A stretch of 64,000 nucleotides of DNA from Candidatus Methylomirabilota bacterium (GCA_036556905.1 DATBIM010000050.1:8207-72206), one strand, 5' to 3'. Counted from the stretch's first letter, positions 8,608 through 18,146 are shown. Made by a program: numbers and translations. Notes: generated by a model from the sequence alone, not told the origin.

Positions 8608-10128
8608 TCAGCAATTGCCCATACGAGCGATCACTGCGTCGAGCTGGCAACGCCGGAAGCCGTAGGCGGTGATTCCGAGCACCCCCGGCTTGAGGAGTGC
8701 AGCGTCATAGGGGTCGCGTAGCAGCACCACGGCGAGGGCGCGGGCCCGGGCCTGCAGGACATCGAGCAACGTTCGGTTCGAGGCGTACAGGCGAGCGTCG
8801 TACAGGAAGAGGATGGTGGCGTCCGCGGTGGCGGCCGCTTCCACCGCGGCCTCGATCTCCGAGGGCGACGGTTCAATTCCGACCAGCGTGGCGTCGGGCA
8901 CGATGCCGACGGTGGCAAAGGCCTGCGCCAGATATCCCTTTTCGTCGGTCAGCTCTGGCTCGATGGTAATGCGGGCGGCCAGATCGGACAGGCGCGGAAA
9001 TACCACGGCGACGCGTCCGTTCAGTCGTCGCGCGAAGCCAGTTGGAGCAGGTGCTACGAGAGTCACCGCACGCGTGGCCATCGCCATCGCGAGTGCTGGG
9101 CCGTCCGGTTCGGGGCGTGGCGAGCCGCCCTGGAAGCGTCGGGACCGGGCCTGGCGGAGCTGGCGGACCCGCTCGGCAGCGGTCACGAGCTCGTCCCGGG
9201 GCAGCGCTCCCGATCGATAGGCATCGGTCAAGGCCCGGGCCGCGGCACGCTGAGCGCCCTCGGTGTGACAGACGAGCAGCACGTCGTGGCCGGCCGCGGC
9301 CGCGCGCACGGTTGCCTCGGCGATGGGGCAAGTCTCGGCGATGGCCCCCATCTCCAGGTCGTCCGAGACCACCACGCCCGGGAAACCGACCTCTCCGCGC
9401 AGGTAGTCGGTCACGATCCTCCTGGAGAAGGTCGCCGGAACGCCGGACGAATCGAGGTTGGGGTACACGGGATGAGAGGTCATGACGCAGGCGACGTCGG
9501 CGGCGATCGCCTCCAGAAAAGGTACGAGGTGAACCGCACGCATCTCGTCCCAAGTGGAGTCGATGCGGGGCAGCCGCAGGTGAGCGTCGAGGGGTGAGTG
9601 TCCCTTCCCCGGAAAGTGCTTGGCGCAGGCGGCGAGCCCACCCTTGGCCATGCCTCGGATGCGCGCCGTCCCGTAGCGCGCCACACGCGTTGCGTCCTTG
9701 CCGTACGAGCGGATGCCGATGTTCGGGCTGTAGCGCTCTGTCAGCACGTCGAGCACGGGGCCCAGGTTGAGGTCGATGCCGAGCCGTCGCAGTTCGCGGC
9801 CTTCGCACAGGCCCTGCCGGTAGGCGAACGCCTCCTCCCCGGCAGTACCGACGGCGAGGTTGTCGGGGAAGATCGTCACACCCCGGCCGAGCATGATGAC
9901 CCGACCGCCTTCGTGATCGGTCGCCACGAGCAGTCGGCGCTCGAGGGCGCCCTCCAAATCGCTGATCAGGCGAATGAGCTGAGTCGGGCTTTCGAAGTTC
10001 CGGCGGTAGAGGATGAGACCGGCCGCGTGGGTGTCGCGAAAGAGGGCGACGTCGCCCTGGCCCAGCGTCGGGCCGGGCAGCCCGATCATGAGCCGCTCGC
10101 CTACGAGGTCGGCGAAGTCGACCACCAC
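8608..10128 (-). CDS. nagZ: beta-N-acetylhexosaminidase (glycoside hydrolase family 3, NagZ-like) with C-terminal extension
   Basis: GH3 N-domain motifs (KHFPGKGHSPLDAHL, VVVSDDLEMGAI). 506 aa, so longer than the roughly 340 aa of E. coli NagZ; the extra length is a C-terminal domain. Confidence 0.85.
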   Translation of the reverse strand: MVVDFADLVGERLMIGLPGPTLGQGDVALFRDTHAAGLILYRRNFESPTQLIRLISDLEGALERRLLVATDHEGGRVIMLGRGVTIFPDNLAVGTAGEEAFAYRQGLCEGRELRRLGIDLNLGPVLDVLTERYSPNIGIRSYGKDATRVARYGTARIRGMAKGGLAACAKHFPGKGHSPLDAHLRLPRIDSTWDEMRAVHLVPFLEAIAADVACVMTSHPVYPNLDSSGVPATFSRRIVTDYLRGEVGFPGVVVSDDLEMGAIAETCPIAEATVRAAAAGHDVLLVCHTEGAQRAAARALTDAYRSGALPRDELVTAAERVRQLRQARSRRFQGGSPRPEPDGPALAMAMATRAVTLVAPAPTGFARRLNGRVAVVFPRLSDLAARITIEPELTDEKGYLAQAFATVGIVPDATLVGIEPSPSEIEAAVEAAATADATILFLYDARLYASNRTLLDVLQARARALAVVLLRDPYDAALLKPGVLGITAYGFRRCQLDAVIARMGNC

Positions 10129-10422
10129 GAGATTTTATCCTTCCCGGCGCCAAACTTCGGTGCACTGGCGGCAGCAGTTGTCGATCAGATGACACATTGT
10201 CTGGCCCAGCCAGCCTCATCCACCCTGCGCAAGTGCCCACCGTTTCTGCCGTCCTGGACGTCCCGTGGACCTGGCATATCTGGTGCATCTGGCCATCACC
10301 ATGATCCAAAACATTGAGCTCAGGCGCTGGCTCATCCTCGGACTGATCGCCATCCTCATGCTGGCCGAGGTGCTTCTGGAAGCCACCGTCGCGCCGGTGT
10401 AGCTCACGCCAAGAGAGAGGAC

Positions 10423-10761
10423 ATGTCGGACGACCGGTGGGGCCTCGGGAAACTTACGGCGATGGGGCTGGCGCTCGTCATGATCGGGGCGGTCATCATC
10501 GGTTTGGTGGTGGCGAACTGGAGCGGTCCGGTCCCGATGGTGATGCTGCCGGCTTCAGTTCCCGAGACGATGCAGGCCCCGAGCAACTTGCAGTCACGGA
10601 GTGCGGTGCCGGTGACGGCCCGCGAGCCCGTCGCCGCGCCCCCGGCGATCGATGAGGCCTGCAACGAGTACGCGGCGAAGGAGATCGGTCCGTTGGATGA
10701 GTCGAAGAAGGTTTCCTACCGGGCCGCCTACGCCATCTGCGTGCGCGCCCGAGGGTATTAG
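10423..10761 (+). CDS. hypothetical membrane-anchored protein
   Basis: 112 aa with one N-terminal TM helix. A purine-rich sequence (GAGAGAGGA) precedes the ATG. No family recognised. Confidence 0.4.
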   Translation: MSDDRWGLGKLTAMGLALVMIGAVIIGLVVANWSGPVPMVMLPASVPETMQAPSNLQSRSAVPVTAREPVAAPPAIDEACNEYAAKEIGPLDESKKVSYRAAYAICVRARGY

Positions 10762-10768
10762 CGGCCCC

Positions 10769-11107
10769 GTGTCAGCGCGAACCTTCCTCACCGGGCTTTC
10801 CCTGGTCATGGCCGTCGTGTGGGTCCTTCCGAGCTGGGCCGTGGATGACCGCAAGGTCAAGGCGGCAACGGGACAGGTCGAGTCAGGGGCCAAGAAGATC
10901 GGCCAGGGGAAGATCGGTGAGGGTGTCGAGCAGACGGCCAAGGGGATCGGTAACACCGTCGTCGAGGGGGCCAAGTTCAGCGGTGACAAGCTGAAGGAGG
11001 CGGGGAAGGCGGCTGAGCCCAAGGCCAAGAGCACCTGGGGCCACGTCAAGGAGGGCGCCACGTCCTTCGGTCAGAGCGTCAAGGCGTTCTTCTCAGACCT
11101 CTTCTGA
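10769..11107 (+). CDS. hypothetical secreted Lys/Gly-rich protein (CsbD-like repeats?)
   Basis: Signal-peptide-like N-terminus from GTG 10769, then repetitive G-x-K/A-K-G segments (KKIGQGKIGEGVEQTAKGIGNTVVEGAKFSGDKLKEAGKAA). Confidence 0.4.
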   Translation: MSARTFLTGLSLVMAVVWVLPSWAVDDRKVKAATGQVESGAKKIGQGKIGEGVEQTAKGIGNTVVEGAKFSGDKLKEAGKAAEPKAKSTWGHVKEGATSFGQSVKAFFSDLF

Positions 11108-11143
11108 TGTAACCGATTCGCGCCGACCTCACCCGGCGTCGCC

Positions 11144-12334
11144 TCACCGATACATGAGGAAGGCGATCCGTTGTTTCTTCCAGCTCGTGAGTCCGCGTCG
11201 CCAACCGCGCTCCAGTGCGTCGAGGGCCGCGCCGTGCTCCAGGCCGCGTCGAATAACGTCCGTGCCCAGGAGGATGTCGATCGGCAGCCGCCGCGCCTCG
11301 AACTCGTAAGGCGGCCGCCGCCAGGCGAAGCGACGTGGCGCCTGCCGTCGGGCCACCGCCAGCAGGCCCAGACCTGTCAGGAACGGCTTGAACCGCCGGC
11401 GATCCTCCACGTGAATCTGCACACCTCCGCAGAGGCGGTTGGCCCACTTGTGAAACGTCGGCCTGAACCGGAGTGGCCGGAACCTGACGCCGGGCAACCC
11501 GAGGCGATCCAGCGCCGTCGCGTAACGGCGCGGGTCGAGGAAGGGCGCGCCGACCCACTCGAACGGTCGCGTCGTCCCCCGGCCCTCGGAGAGGTTCGTT
11601 CCCTCGATCAGGCATCCCCCGGGATAGACGCGCGCGGTGTCGGGCGTGGGCATGTTGGGCGAAGGGGTGACCCACGGCAGATCCGTGTCCTCCCAGAGCA
11701 TGCCGCGGCGCCAGCCCTGCATGGGCACTACCGTGAGATCGCAGCCGAGTCCATGCCGGCGATTGAGATACAGGGCCAGCTCTCCGATGGTCATGGCGTG
11801 CCGGGCGGGCAGCGGAAAGAGCCCGACGAACGATGCGAAGGCCGGATCGGGAAGGTTGCCCTCGACGATCTCACCGCCGAGGGGGTTGGGACGATCGAGC
11901 ACGATCACCGGCACACCCGACCGGGCGCACGCCCCCATCGCCAGCGCCATCGTCCACACGAAGGTGTAATAACGGGAGCCGACGTCCTGAAGATCGACGA
12001 TCAGGGCATCGAGCTGGCGCAGCATGGCGGGAGCCGGCGCCCGGCGTCGGCCGTAGAGGCTCAGCACCGGCAACCGGGTGATGGGCTCACGGGCGTGCGC
12101 GATCGGGGCATGGTCCTGGGCGGCCCCCCAGAGGCCGTGCTCGGGGGCGAAGAGCCGGACGAGCCGCACGCCGGGCGCTTCCCGGAGAAGGACGGCGGCG
12201 TGTTCGAGACGCGCATTCACCGAGGCCTGGTGGGCGAGAAGCGCGAGCCGCCGGCCACGGAGCAGGGCCCCGCGACCGGCCAGCAACACCTCTAGACCCG
12301 AGCGCACCCGGGGCATGCCGCGATAGTAGCCCAC
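11144..12334 (-). CDS. DUF1343-family protein (predicted exo-beta-N-acetylmuramidase, NamZ-like)
   Basis: 396 aa. DUF1343 architecture with conserved blocks LVRLFAPEHGL, ALIVDLQDVGSRYYTF and VPVIVLDRPNPLGG. Lies between nagZ and murQ. Confidence 0.75.
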   Translation of the reverse strand: MGYYRGMPRVRSGLEVLLAGRGALLRGRRLALLAHQASVNARLEHAAVLLREAPGVRLVRLFAPEHGLWGAAQDHAPIAHAREPITRLPVLSLYGRRRAPAPAMLRQLDALIVDLQDVGSRYYTFVWTMALAMGACARSGVPVIVLDRPNPLGGEIVEGNLPDPAFASFVGLFPLPARHAMTIGELALYLNRRHGLGCDLTVVPMQGWRRGMLWEDTDLPWVTPSPNMPTPDTARVYPGGCLIEGTNLSEGRGTTRPFEWVGAPFLDPRRYATALDRLGLPGVRFRPLRFRPTFHKWANRLCGGVQIHVEDRRRFKPFLTGLGLLAVARRQAPRRFAWRRPPYEFEARRLPIDILLGTDVIRRGLEHGAALDALERGWRRGLTSWKKQRIAFLMYR

Positions 12335-12388
12335 CCAGCACGGCCGGTGGCCGCCCGGCGGCGGAATCGGGGTAGGATGCGGCCCAGT

Positions 12389-13336
12389 ATGCGCCGCGGG
12401 TCCTGGGCCGGGCTGTCCACCGAGCGCGTCAACCCCGCCAGCCGCGCATTGGACCGCATGACGTCCCTCGACATCGCCCGGCTGATGAATCGCGAGGATC
12501 AGGCGGCCGTTCGCCGCGTTCGGCGCGCGCTGCCCGCGATCGGCCGAGCCGTGGATCTCATCGTGACGGCACTATCCCGCCGGGGCCGTCTCTTCTTCAT
12601 CGGCGCCGGCACGAGCGGACGCCTCGGGGTGCTGGAGGCGGCGGAGTGCCCGCCGACGTTCGGGACGCCGCCGGCCCTGGTGCAGGCCATCATGGCCGGC
12701 GGGCGGGCTTCTGTGTTTCGCTCGCGCGAGGGAGCTGAAGACGACGCCAGGGCGGCGGCGCGGGCCGTCCGGGCCCGGGTGCGGCGAGGGGACGTCCTCG
12801 TCGGCGTCTCGGCCAGCGGCGTCACTCCCTTTGTGCGCGCGGGTCTCGGTCAGGCCAGGCGGCTCGGGGCCCGCACGGTGCTGGTCGTGTGCAACCCTCG
12901 ACCGACACGCCTGGGCGAGGTGATCATTGCGCTCGATCCGGGACCGGAGGTCCTCACCGGCTCTACCCGCCTCAAGGCCGGGACCGTGACGAAGCTCGTC
13001 CTCAACACGTTGACGACGGCCAGCATGGCCCGCCTGGGCCGGGTGTACGGCAACCTCATGATCGATCTCCAGCCCCGGTCGGCCAAACTTCGAGCCCGGG
13101 CATCACGGCTCGTCCAGCAGGTCGGGCGGGTGCCGGCGCCGGCCGCCGCTCGCGCCTTGCGGGCTGCCGGCGGGCATGTGCGGCTGGCGCTGGTCATCGC
13201 GCGTACCGGGCTGGCGACGGGCCCCGCGCGGCGCCTCCTGCGTGACGCCGGTGGTTCGCTCAGCGTCGCGCTGGAGCGCTACGGCGGCGCGCGCCTCCAA
13301 GCCCGCTCTCGCGCCCGGCGTCGGCCAGCGCGGTGA
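12389..13336 (+). CDS. murQ: N-acetylmuramic acid 6-phosphate etherase
   Basis: SIS domain. N-terminus LSTERVNPASRALDRMTSLDIARLMNREDQAAV aligns with E. coli MurQ. Contains GRLFFIGAGTSGRLGVLEAAECPPTFG and GSTRLKAGT motifs. ATG at 12389 chosen over upstream GTG. Confidence 0.85.
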   Translation: MRRGSWAGLSTERVNPASRALDRMTSLDIARLMNREDQAAVRRVRRALPAIGRAVDLIVTALSRRGRLFFIGAGTSGRLGVLEAAECPPTFGTPPALVQAIMAGGRASVFRSREGAEDDARAAARAVRARVRRGDVLVGVSASGVTPFVRAGLGQARRLGARTVLVVCNPRPTRLGEVIIALDPGPEVLTGSTRLKAGTVTKLVLNTLTTASMARLGRVYGNLMIDLQPRSAKLRARASRLVQQVGRVPAPAAARALRAAGGHVRLALVIARTGLATGPARRLLRDAGGSLSVALERYGGARLQARSRARRRPAR

Positions 13337-13361
13337 AGCGTGACGGATTCGACCCTGACGA

Positions 13362-15095
13362 TCAGGTGTGCGAGGGACCGGCGGTGTCCTCGACCTGGAC
13401 CGGCGTCTGGCCACACAGGAAGTCGAAGTCGCACCCCTGATGAGCCTGCAGGACGTGGTCGAGGAAGAGCTTGCCGTAGCCACGCGTGAAGTGCGGGGGG
13501 CGAGGCCGCCAGGCGGCGCGCCGGCGGGCGAGCTCATCATCGCCGACTCGCAGGGTGAGCCGGCGCCCGGGCACGTCGAGCTCGATCTGGTCGCCATCGC
13601 GGACCAGCGCCAGCGGCCCGCCAACCGCCGACTCGGGCGCCACGTGGAGCACCACTGTGCCGTAGGAGGTCCCGCTCATCCGGGCATCCGAAACGCGTAC
13701 CATGTCTCGCACCCCTTGCCGCAGGAGCCGGGCGGGGATGGGGGCCGCTCCCCACTCGGGCATGCCCGGCGCCCCCTTGGGACCGACATGCTTCAGCACG
13801 AGGACGGAGCGCTCGTCGATCGGCAGCGAAGGATCGTCGATCCGGCGGTGCAAGTCGGCATGGTCTTCGAAGACCACCGCCCGGCCGCGGTGGGTGAGCA
13901 GTTCGGGTGACGCTGCCGATTGCTTGAGCACGGCGCCGTCGGGGCACAGATTGCCGGTGAGCACGACCGTACCGCCCTCCGGGGCCAGGGGAACCGCGAG
14001 CGGCCGAATGACGTCGTCGTTGTAACTCTTCGCGTCGCGAACGTTGTCCTTCAGCCTGGACCCGTTCACCGTCAAGGCGTCGCCGTGGAGCAGCGGGAGA
14101 AGCTCCTTGAGGACCACGGGCAGCCCGCCGGCGTAGAAGAAGTCTTCCATGAGGTACTTGCCGGAGGGGCGCACGTTGACCAGCAGGGGAGTGCTTCGGG
14201 AAAGGGCGTCGAACCGGGCGAGAGGCAGGGCGAGGCCCAGGCGGCCGGCGATCGCCACCAGATGGATGATCGCGTTCGTCGACCCTCCGATCGCCATGTC
14301 GGCACGGATGGCATTGTCAAAGGCGTCCGCGGTCATGATCCGGGAGGGCCTGGGTCCGCCGGCCAGGGCCAGCTCGACGGCCCGCCGACCGCTGAGCTCG
14401 GCGAGGATGAGTCGCCGCGAGTCGGGGGCAGGAATCGCGGCGTTGCCTGGCAGCGTCATGCCGAGCGCCTCGGCCATGGCCGCCATGGTGGACGCCGTGC
14501 CCATGACCATGCAGTGGCCGGATGACCGGGACATACAGGACTCGGCCTCGCACAGCTCCTCGTCGGTGAGTCGCCCGGCCCGCCGCTCGGCCCACAGCCG
14601 CCAGGCGTCGGTGCCCGACCCTAGCTCCTCGGTGCGCCACCGGCCACGCAACATCGGGCCCCCGGTCACCATGATGGCGGGGATGTCGGCTGAAGCTGCG
14701 CCCATCAGCATGGCCGGCGTCGTCTTGTCGCAGCCCGACAGGAGCACCACCGCGTCCAGGGGGTAGGCCCGCAGGCACTCCTCCACGTCCATGGCCATCA
14801 GGTTCCGAAAGAGCATCGTGGTGGGCTTCATGAGGACCTCGCCCAGCGAGATGGTGGGAAACTCCAGCGGGAATCCGCCGGCGCTCCACACTCCACGCTT
14901 CACGGCCTCGGCCACCTGGCGGAGGTGGGCGTTGCAGTTGGTGAGCTCGGACCAGGAGTTGGCGATGCCGACGACCGGGCGGCCGTCGAACAGGAGGTCG
15001 CTGAATCCCTCGGTCTTGAGCCACGAGCGGTGTACGAACCCGTCGAGGTCGCGGCGGCCGAACCAGTTGCGGCTTCTGAGCGGCTGTGCTGTCAT
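13362..15095 (-). CDS. IlvD/EDD-family dehydratase (dihydroxy-acid / sugar-acid dehydratase)
   Basis: 577 aa. CDKTTPAMLMGAA and SGHCMVMGTASTMA Fe-S ligand motifs, GGPIALV-like C-terminal block. Confidence 0.85.
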   Translation of the reverse strand: MTAQPLRSRNWFGRRDLDGFVHRSWLKTEGFSDLLFDGRPVVGIANSWSELTNCNAHLRQVAEAVKRGVWSAGGFPLEFPTISLGEVLMKPTTMLFRNLMAMDVEECLRAYPLDAVVLLSGCDKTTPAMLMGAASADIPAIMVTGGPMLRGRWRTEELGSGTDAWRLWAERRAGRLTDEELCEAESCMSRSSGHCMVMGTASTMAAMAEALGMTLPGNAAIPAPDSRRLILAELSGRRAVELALAGGPRPSRIMTADAFDNAIRADMAIGGSTNAIIHLVAIAGRLGLALPLARFDALSRSTPLLVNVRPSGKYLMEDFFYAGGLPVVLKELLPLLHGDALTVNGSRLKDNVRDAKSYNDDVIRPLAVPLAPEGGTVVLTGNLCPDGAVLKQSAASPELLTHRGRAVVFEDHADLHRRIDDPSLPIDERSVLVLKHVGPKGAPGMPEWGAAPIPARLLRQGVRDMVRVSDARMSGTSYGTVVLHVAPESAVGGPLALVRDGDQIELDVPGRRLTLRVGDDELARRRAAWRPRPPHFTRGYGKLFLDHVLQAHQGCDFDFLCGQTPVQVEDTAGPSHT

Positions 15096-15139
15096 GGGGC
15101 CTCCCGAAGGCTTGGATTATAGGAGATCGGAGGACGCGC

Positions 15140-15937
15140 ATGCGCTTGGCCGGCAAGGTCGCGATCGTCACGGGAGGAGGCAGTGGCATCGGGCGGGGGA
15201 TCGCCATGGCGCTGGCCCGCGAGGGTGCTGACGTGGCCATTCCCGACATTCAGGTTCTGAACGCGGAGAAGGTCTCCGACGAGATCAAGGGGCTGGGCCG
15301 AAAGGCGATGGCCATGAAGGCCGACGTCACCAGCTCCGCCGACGTCAAGACCATGGTCGACCGGACGCGGGAGTCCCTGGGCAAGATCGATATTCTCGTC
15401 AATAACGCCGGTATGGCGGCGCCCCCGGGCATGCCGTTCACCAACAACACCGAGGACGATTGGGATCGCGCCTTCGCCGTCAACACCAAGTCGGTGTTCC
15501 TCACCTGCAAGGCCGTCGCGCCCTACTTCATCGAGCGCAAGGCCGGGCGGATCATCAACATCGCGTCGATCGCAGGGCCCCTGGCGGCCGTCACCATGCC
15601 GGCCTACAGCGTGGCCAAGCAGGGGGTGATCACGTTCACTCGCGTGGTGGCCAAGGAGCTGGCGGCCCACCGGATCACCGTGAACGCGATCTGCCCCGGC
15701 GTCTTGTGGACGGATTTCTGGCAGAAGCTCGCGGCCCACATCGCGCAGACGAACCCGGCCTTCGCTGGACTGACGCCGCGACAGGTGTTCGACAAGCGGG
15801 TCAGTGACATCGTGCCGATGAAGTGTGAGCAGGAGCCCGAGGACATCGGCGCCGCCGCGGTCTTCCTGGCTTCAGACGAAGCGCGCTACATCACCGGCCA
15901 GGCCCTCATGGTCGACGGCGGGTGTGTGATGTGGTAG
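15140..15937 (+). CDS. SDR-family oxidoreductase (3-oxoacyl-ACP reductase-like)
   Basis: TGGGSGIGRG cofactor motif, NNAG, catalytic YSVAK, PG motif. Confidence 0.85.
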   Translation: MRLAGKVAIVTGGGSGIGRGIAMALAREGADVAIPDIQVLNAEKVSDEIKGLGRKAMAMKADVTSSADVKTMVDRTRESLGKIDILVNNAGMAAPPGMPFTNNTEDDWDRAFAVNTKSVFLTCKAVAPYFIERKAGRIINIASIAGPLAAVTMPAYSVAKQGVITFTRVVAKELAAHRITVNAICPGVLWTDFWQKLAAHIAQTNPAFAGLTPRQVFDKRVSDIVPMKCEQEPEDIGAAAVFLASDEARYITGQALMVDGGCVMW

Positions 15938-16026
15938 TGCGAGCCGAGGCGCCTTGGGCGGCGAGGCGAGCGGTGAGATGGGGGTGGTAGTGCGAGCCGC
16001 AGGACCTCGCGGGGAGGCCAGCGCGT
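15936..16026. repeat. dispersed 45-nt hairpin motif, copies B1 (15936-15980) and B2 (about 15989-16026) in tandem
   Basis: B1 is agtgcgagccgagGCGCCTTGGGCGgcgaggcgagcggtgagatg and is 38/45 identical to copy A, with a compensated palindromic core. B2 repeats tggtagtgcgagccg 52 nt downstream. The motif starts at the SDR stop codon and ends 10 nt before the ACAD start. Confidence 0.7.
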
Positions 16027-16036
16027 AGGGGACACT

Positions 16037-17215
16037 ATGGACTTCGATTTCACGCCAGAGCAGGAGGCGTTCCGCAAAGAGGTCCGGCAATGGCTGGAGC
16101 GGACCCTGCCCGACGACCTGCGCGGGCGTGGCTTCGCCGCATCCCGCGCCGATCAGGCGGAGGTCCGCAAGCTGCGGACCTGGCAGAAGACGATGTACGA
16201 GGCGGGCTACGTCGGAATCGACTGGCCGCGCGAGTTTGGCGGGCGCGGAGCCACGCTCGTCGAGCAGATCATCCTGTACCAGGAGATGGCCCGCGCCGAA
16301 TCACCCCAACCCGTCAACCGGGGCGGACTCTCGATGCTAGGTCCCACCCTGATGAAGTACGGCACCCCGGTCCAGCAACGGAGATTTTTGTCCCGAATCC
16401 TGACGGCGGATGACCTCTGGTGTCAGGGCTTCTCCGAGCCGAACTCGGGATCCGACCTGGCCAACCTCCAGACGCGGGCGGTGCGCGACGGGGATGCGTT
16501 CGTCGTCACTGGCCAGAAGGTCTGGACGAGCATGGCCCACGTGGCCGACTGGTGCTTCCTGCTCGTGCGGACCGACCCGCAAGCCGCCCGGCATAAGGGC
16601 ATCAGCTTCCTGCTGGTCGACATGCGATCACCGGGCATCACGGTGCGGCCCCTGCGTCAGATGACGGGGGAAGCCGAGTTCAACGAGGTGTTCTTCGACG
16701 GGGTGCGGGTCCCCGCCGAGAACCTGGTGGGCCGGCTCAATGAGGGGTGGTCGGTCGCCATCACCACGCTGGCTTACGAGCGCGACCTCCTCACCTTCAT
16801 TCGACACGTCTCGCTTCGCAGCGCCGTCCAGCGCCTGGTACGCCTCGTTCAGGAGCACGATCGGGCCGCCGAGCGGGCGCTCCGCCAGAAGATCGCGGGG
16901 ATCTGGATCGGTGAGCAGGCGCTGCAGCTCAACGCCTATCGCAGTCTGACGAAGATTCTGCGCGGGGGCCAGCCGGGACCGGAAGGCTCGACGTCCAAGC
17001 TCTACTGGAGCCAGGTGGACCAGGAGCTGGCCCAGGTGGCCACCGAGGTGCTCGGACCCTTTTCCCAGGTCGCCGGCGGCTCGCCCTGGGCGCTCGACGA
17101 CGGGCAGTGGGAGTTCTACGCGTTGCTCGCCCAGGCGAGCGGAATCCGAGCCGGCACATCGGAGATTCTCCGAAACATCCTGAGCGAGCGCGTGCTCGGG
17201 CTGCCCAAGGACTGA
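16037..17215 (+). CDS. acyl-CoA dehydrogenase family protein
   Basis: 392 aa. N-terminal MDFDFTPEQEAFRKEVRQW, middle and C-terminal ACAD domain blocks (CQGFSEPNSGSDLANL, YRSLTKILRGG). Confidence 0.85.
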   Translation: MDFDFTPEQEAFRKEVRQWLERTLPDDLRGRGFAASRADQAEVRKLRTWQKTMYEAGYVGIDWPREFGGRGATLVEQIILYQEMARAESPQPVNRGGLSMLGPTLMKYGTPVQQRRFLSRILTADDLWCQGFSEPNSGSDLANLQTRAVRDGDAFVVTGQKVWTSMAHVADWCFLLVRTDPQAARHKGISFLLVDMRSPGITVRPLRQMTGEAEFNEVFFDGVRVPAENLVGRLNEGWSVAITTLAYERDLLTFIRHVSLRSAVQRLVRLVQEHDRAAERALRQKIAGIWIGEQALQLNAYRSLTKILRGGQPGPEGSTSKLYWSQVDQELAQVATEVLGPFSQVAGGSPWALDDGQWEFYALLAQASGIRAGTSEILRNILSERVLGLPKD

Positions 17216-17232
17216 GCGGTGCGGAGGCGGGC

Positions 17233-18015
17233 ATGAGCGATCTGCTCTACGAGGTGAAGGATCGTATCGCGACCATCACGCTGAACCGGCCGGACAAGCT
17301 CAACGCCTTTACCGGTCCCATGATCGAGGCCTGGGCTCGCTCGCTGGGCGAAGCCCAGGTCGACAACGCCGTCCACGTCGTGGTCGTCACCGGTGCCGGC
17401 CGCGCCTTCTGCGCTGGCGGCGACGTGGGACGCATGGGTCAGGGAGCGCCCACCCCCCTGGAGCACAAGAACCAGCTCTGGGAAAACATCCACCGCGTGC
17501 CCCGGACTCTGGAAGCGATGGACAAGCCAGTCCTGGCCATGGTGAACGGCCTGGCCGTCGGCGCCGGGATGGGCATGTCCCTCATGTGCGACGTGCGGGT
17601 AGCTTCGGAGGAGGCGCGATTTTCGACGGGCTACGTCAAGGTCGGGCTCGTGCCCGGCGACGGCGACACCTTTTTCCTGCCCCGGCTGGTGGGGCCGGCC
17701 AAAGCCCTGGAGCTCTTGTGGACGGCGGATTTCATCGAGGCCGCCGATGCCCTGCGTCTGGGTATCGTCAATCGGGTGGTCCCCGCGGCGCAGCTGCACG
17801 AGACCACGTATGCGCTGGCGCGGCAGATCGCCGACGGCCCCCAGATCCCGATCCGGATGATCAAGCGCCTCGTCTACCAGAGCCTCCGCCTGGATCTGCG
17901 CACACACCTCGACCTGGTCTCGTCCCACATGGCGGTGGTGCGGCAAACAATTGACCACGCCGAGGGCGTTGCGGCATTCAAGGAGAAGCGGCCCCCGCGT
18001 TTTCAGGGTCGCTGA
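17233..18015 (+). CDS. enoyl-CoA hydratase/isomerase (crotonase family)
   Basis: ITLNRPDKLNAF and VVTGAGRAFCAGGDV oxyanion-hole motifs. Confidence 0.85.
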   Translation: MSDLLYEVKDRIATITLNRPDKLNAFTGPMIEAWARSLGEAQVDNAVHVVVVTGAGRAFCAGGDVGRMGQGAPTPLEHKNQLWENIHRVPRTLEAMDKPVLAMVNGLAVGAGMGMSLMCDVRVASEEARFSTGYVKVGLVPGDGDTFFLPRLVGPAKALELLWTADFIEAADALRLGIVNRVVPAAQLHETTYALARQIADGPQIPIRMIKRLVYQSLRLDLRTHLDLVSSHMAVVRQTIDHAEGVAAFKEKRPPRFQGR

Positions 18016-18146
18016 CAACCCTGTCGGCCGGCGATCGTAGCCTGCCAGGCTGACACCTCGTCGGCACAGATCTGCTGCTCAACTAGCTGAAAGGACGAGC
18101 GCAGATCGCTCGCGGCCCTGGCCCCCCTCTTGCTCTCTCCCATGGC

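Noticed and set aside
8209-8672. Track ORFs 8209-8442, 8309-8575 and 8439-8672 encoding repeated ALFNRSIAAGDSGGARAWREPG peptides
   Set aside because: The peptide repetition simply mirrors the DNA tandem repeat. The region lies between convergent stop codons. Not coding.
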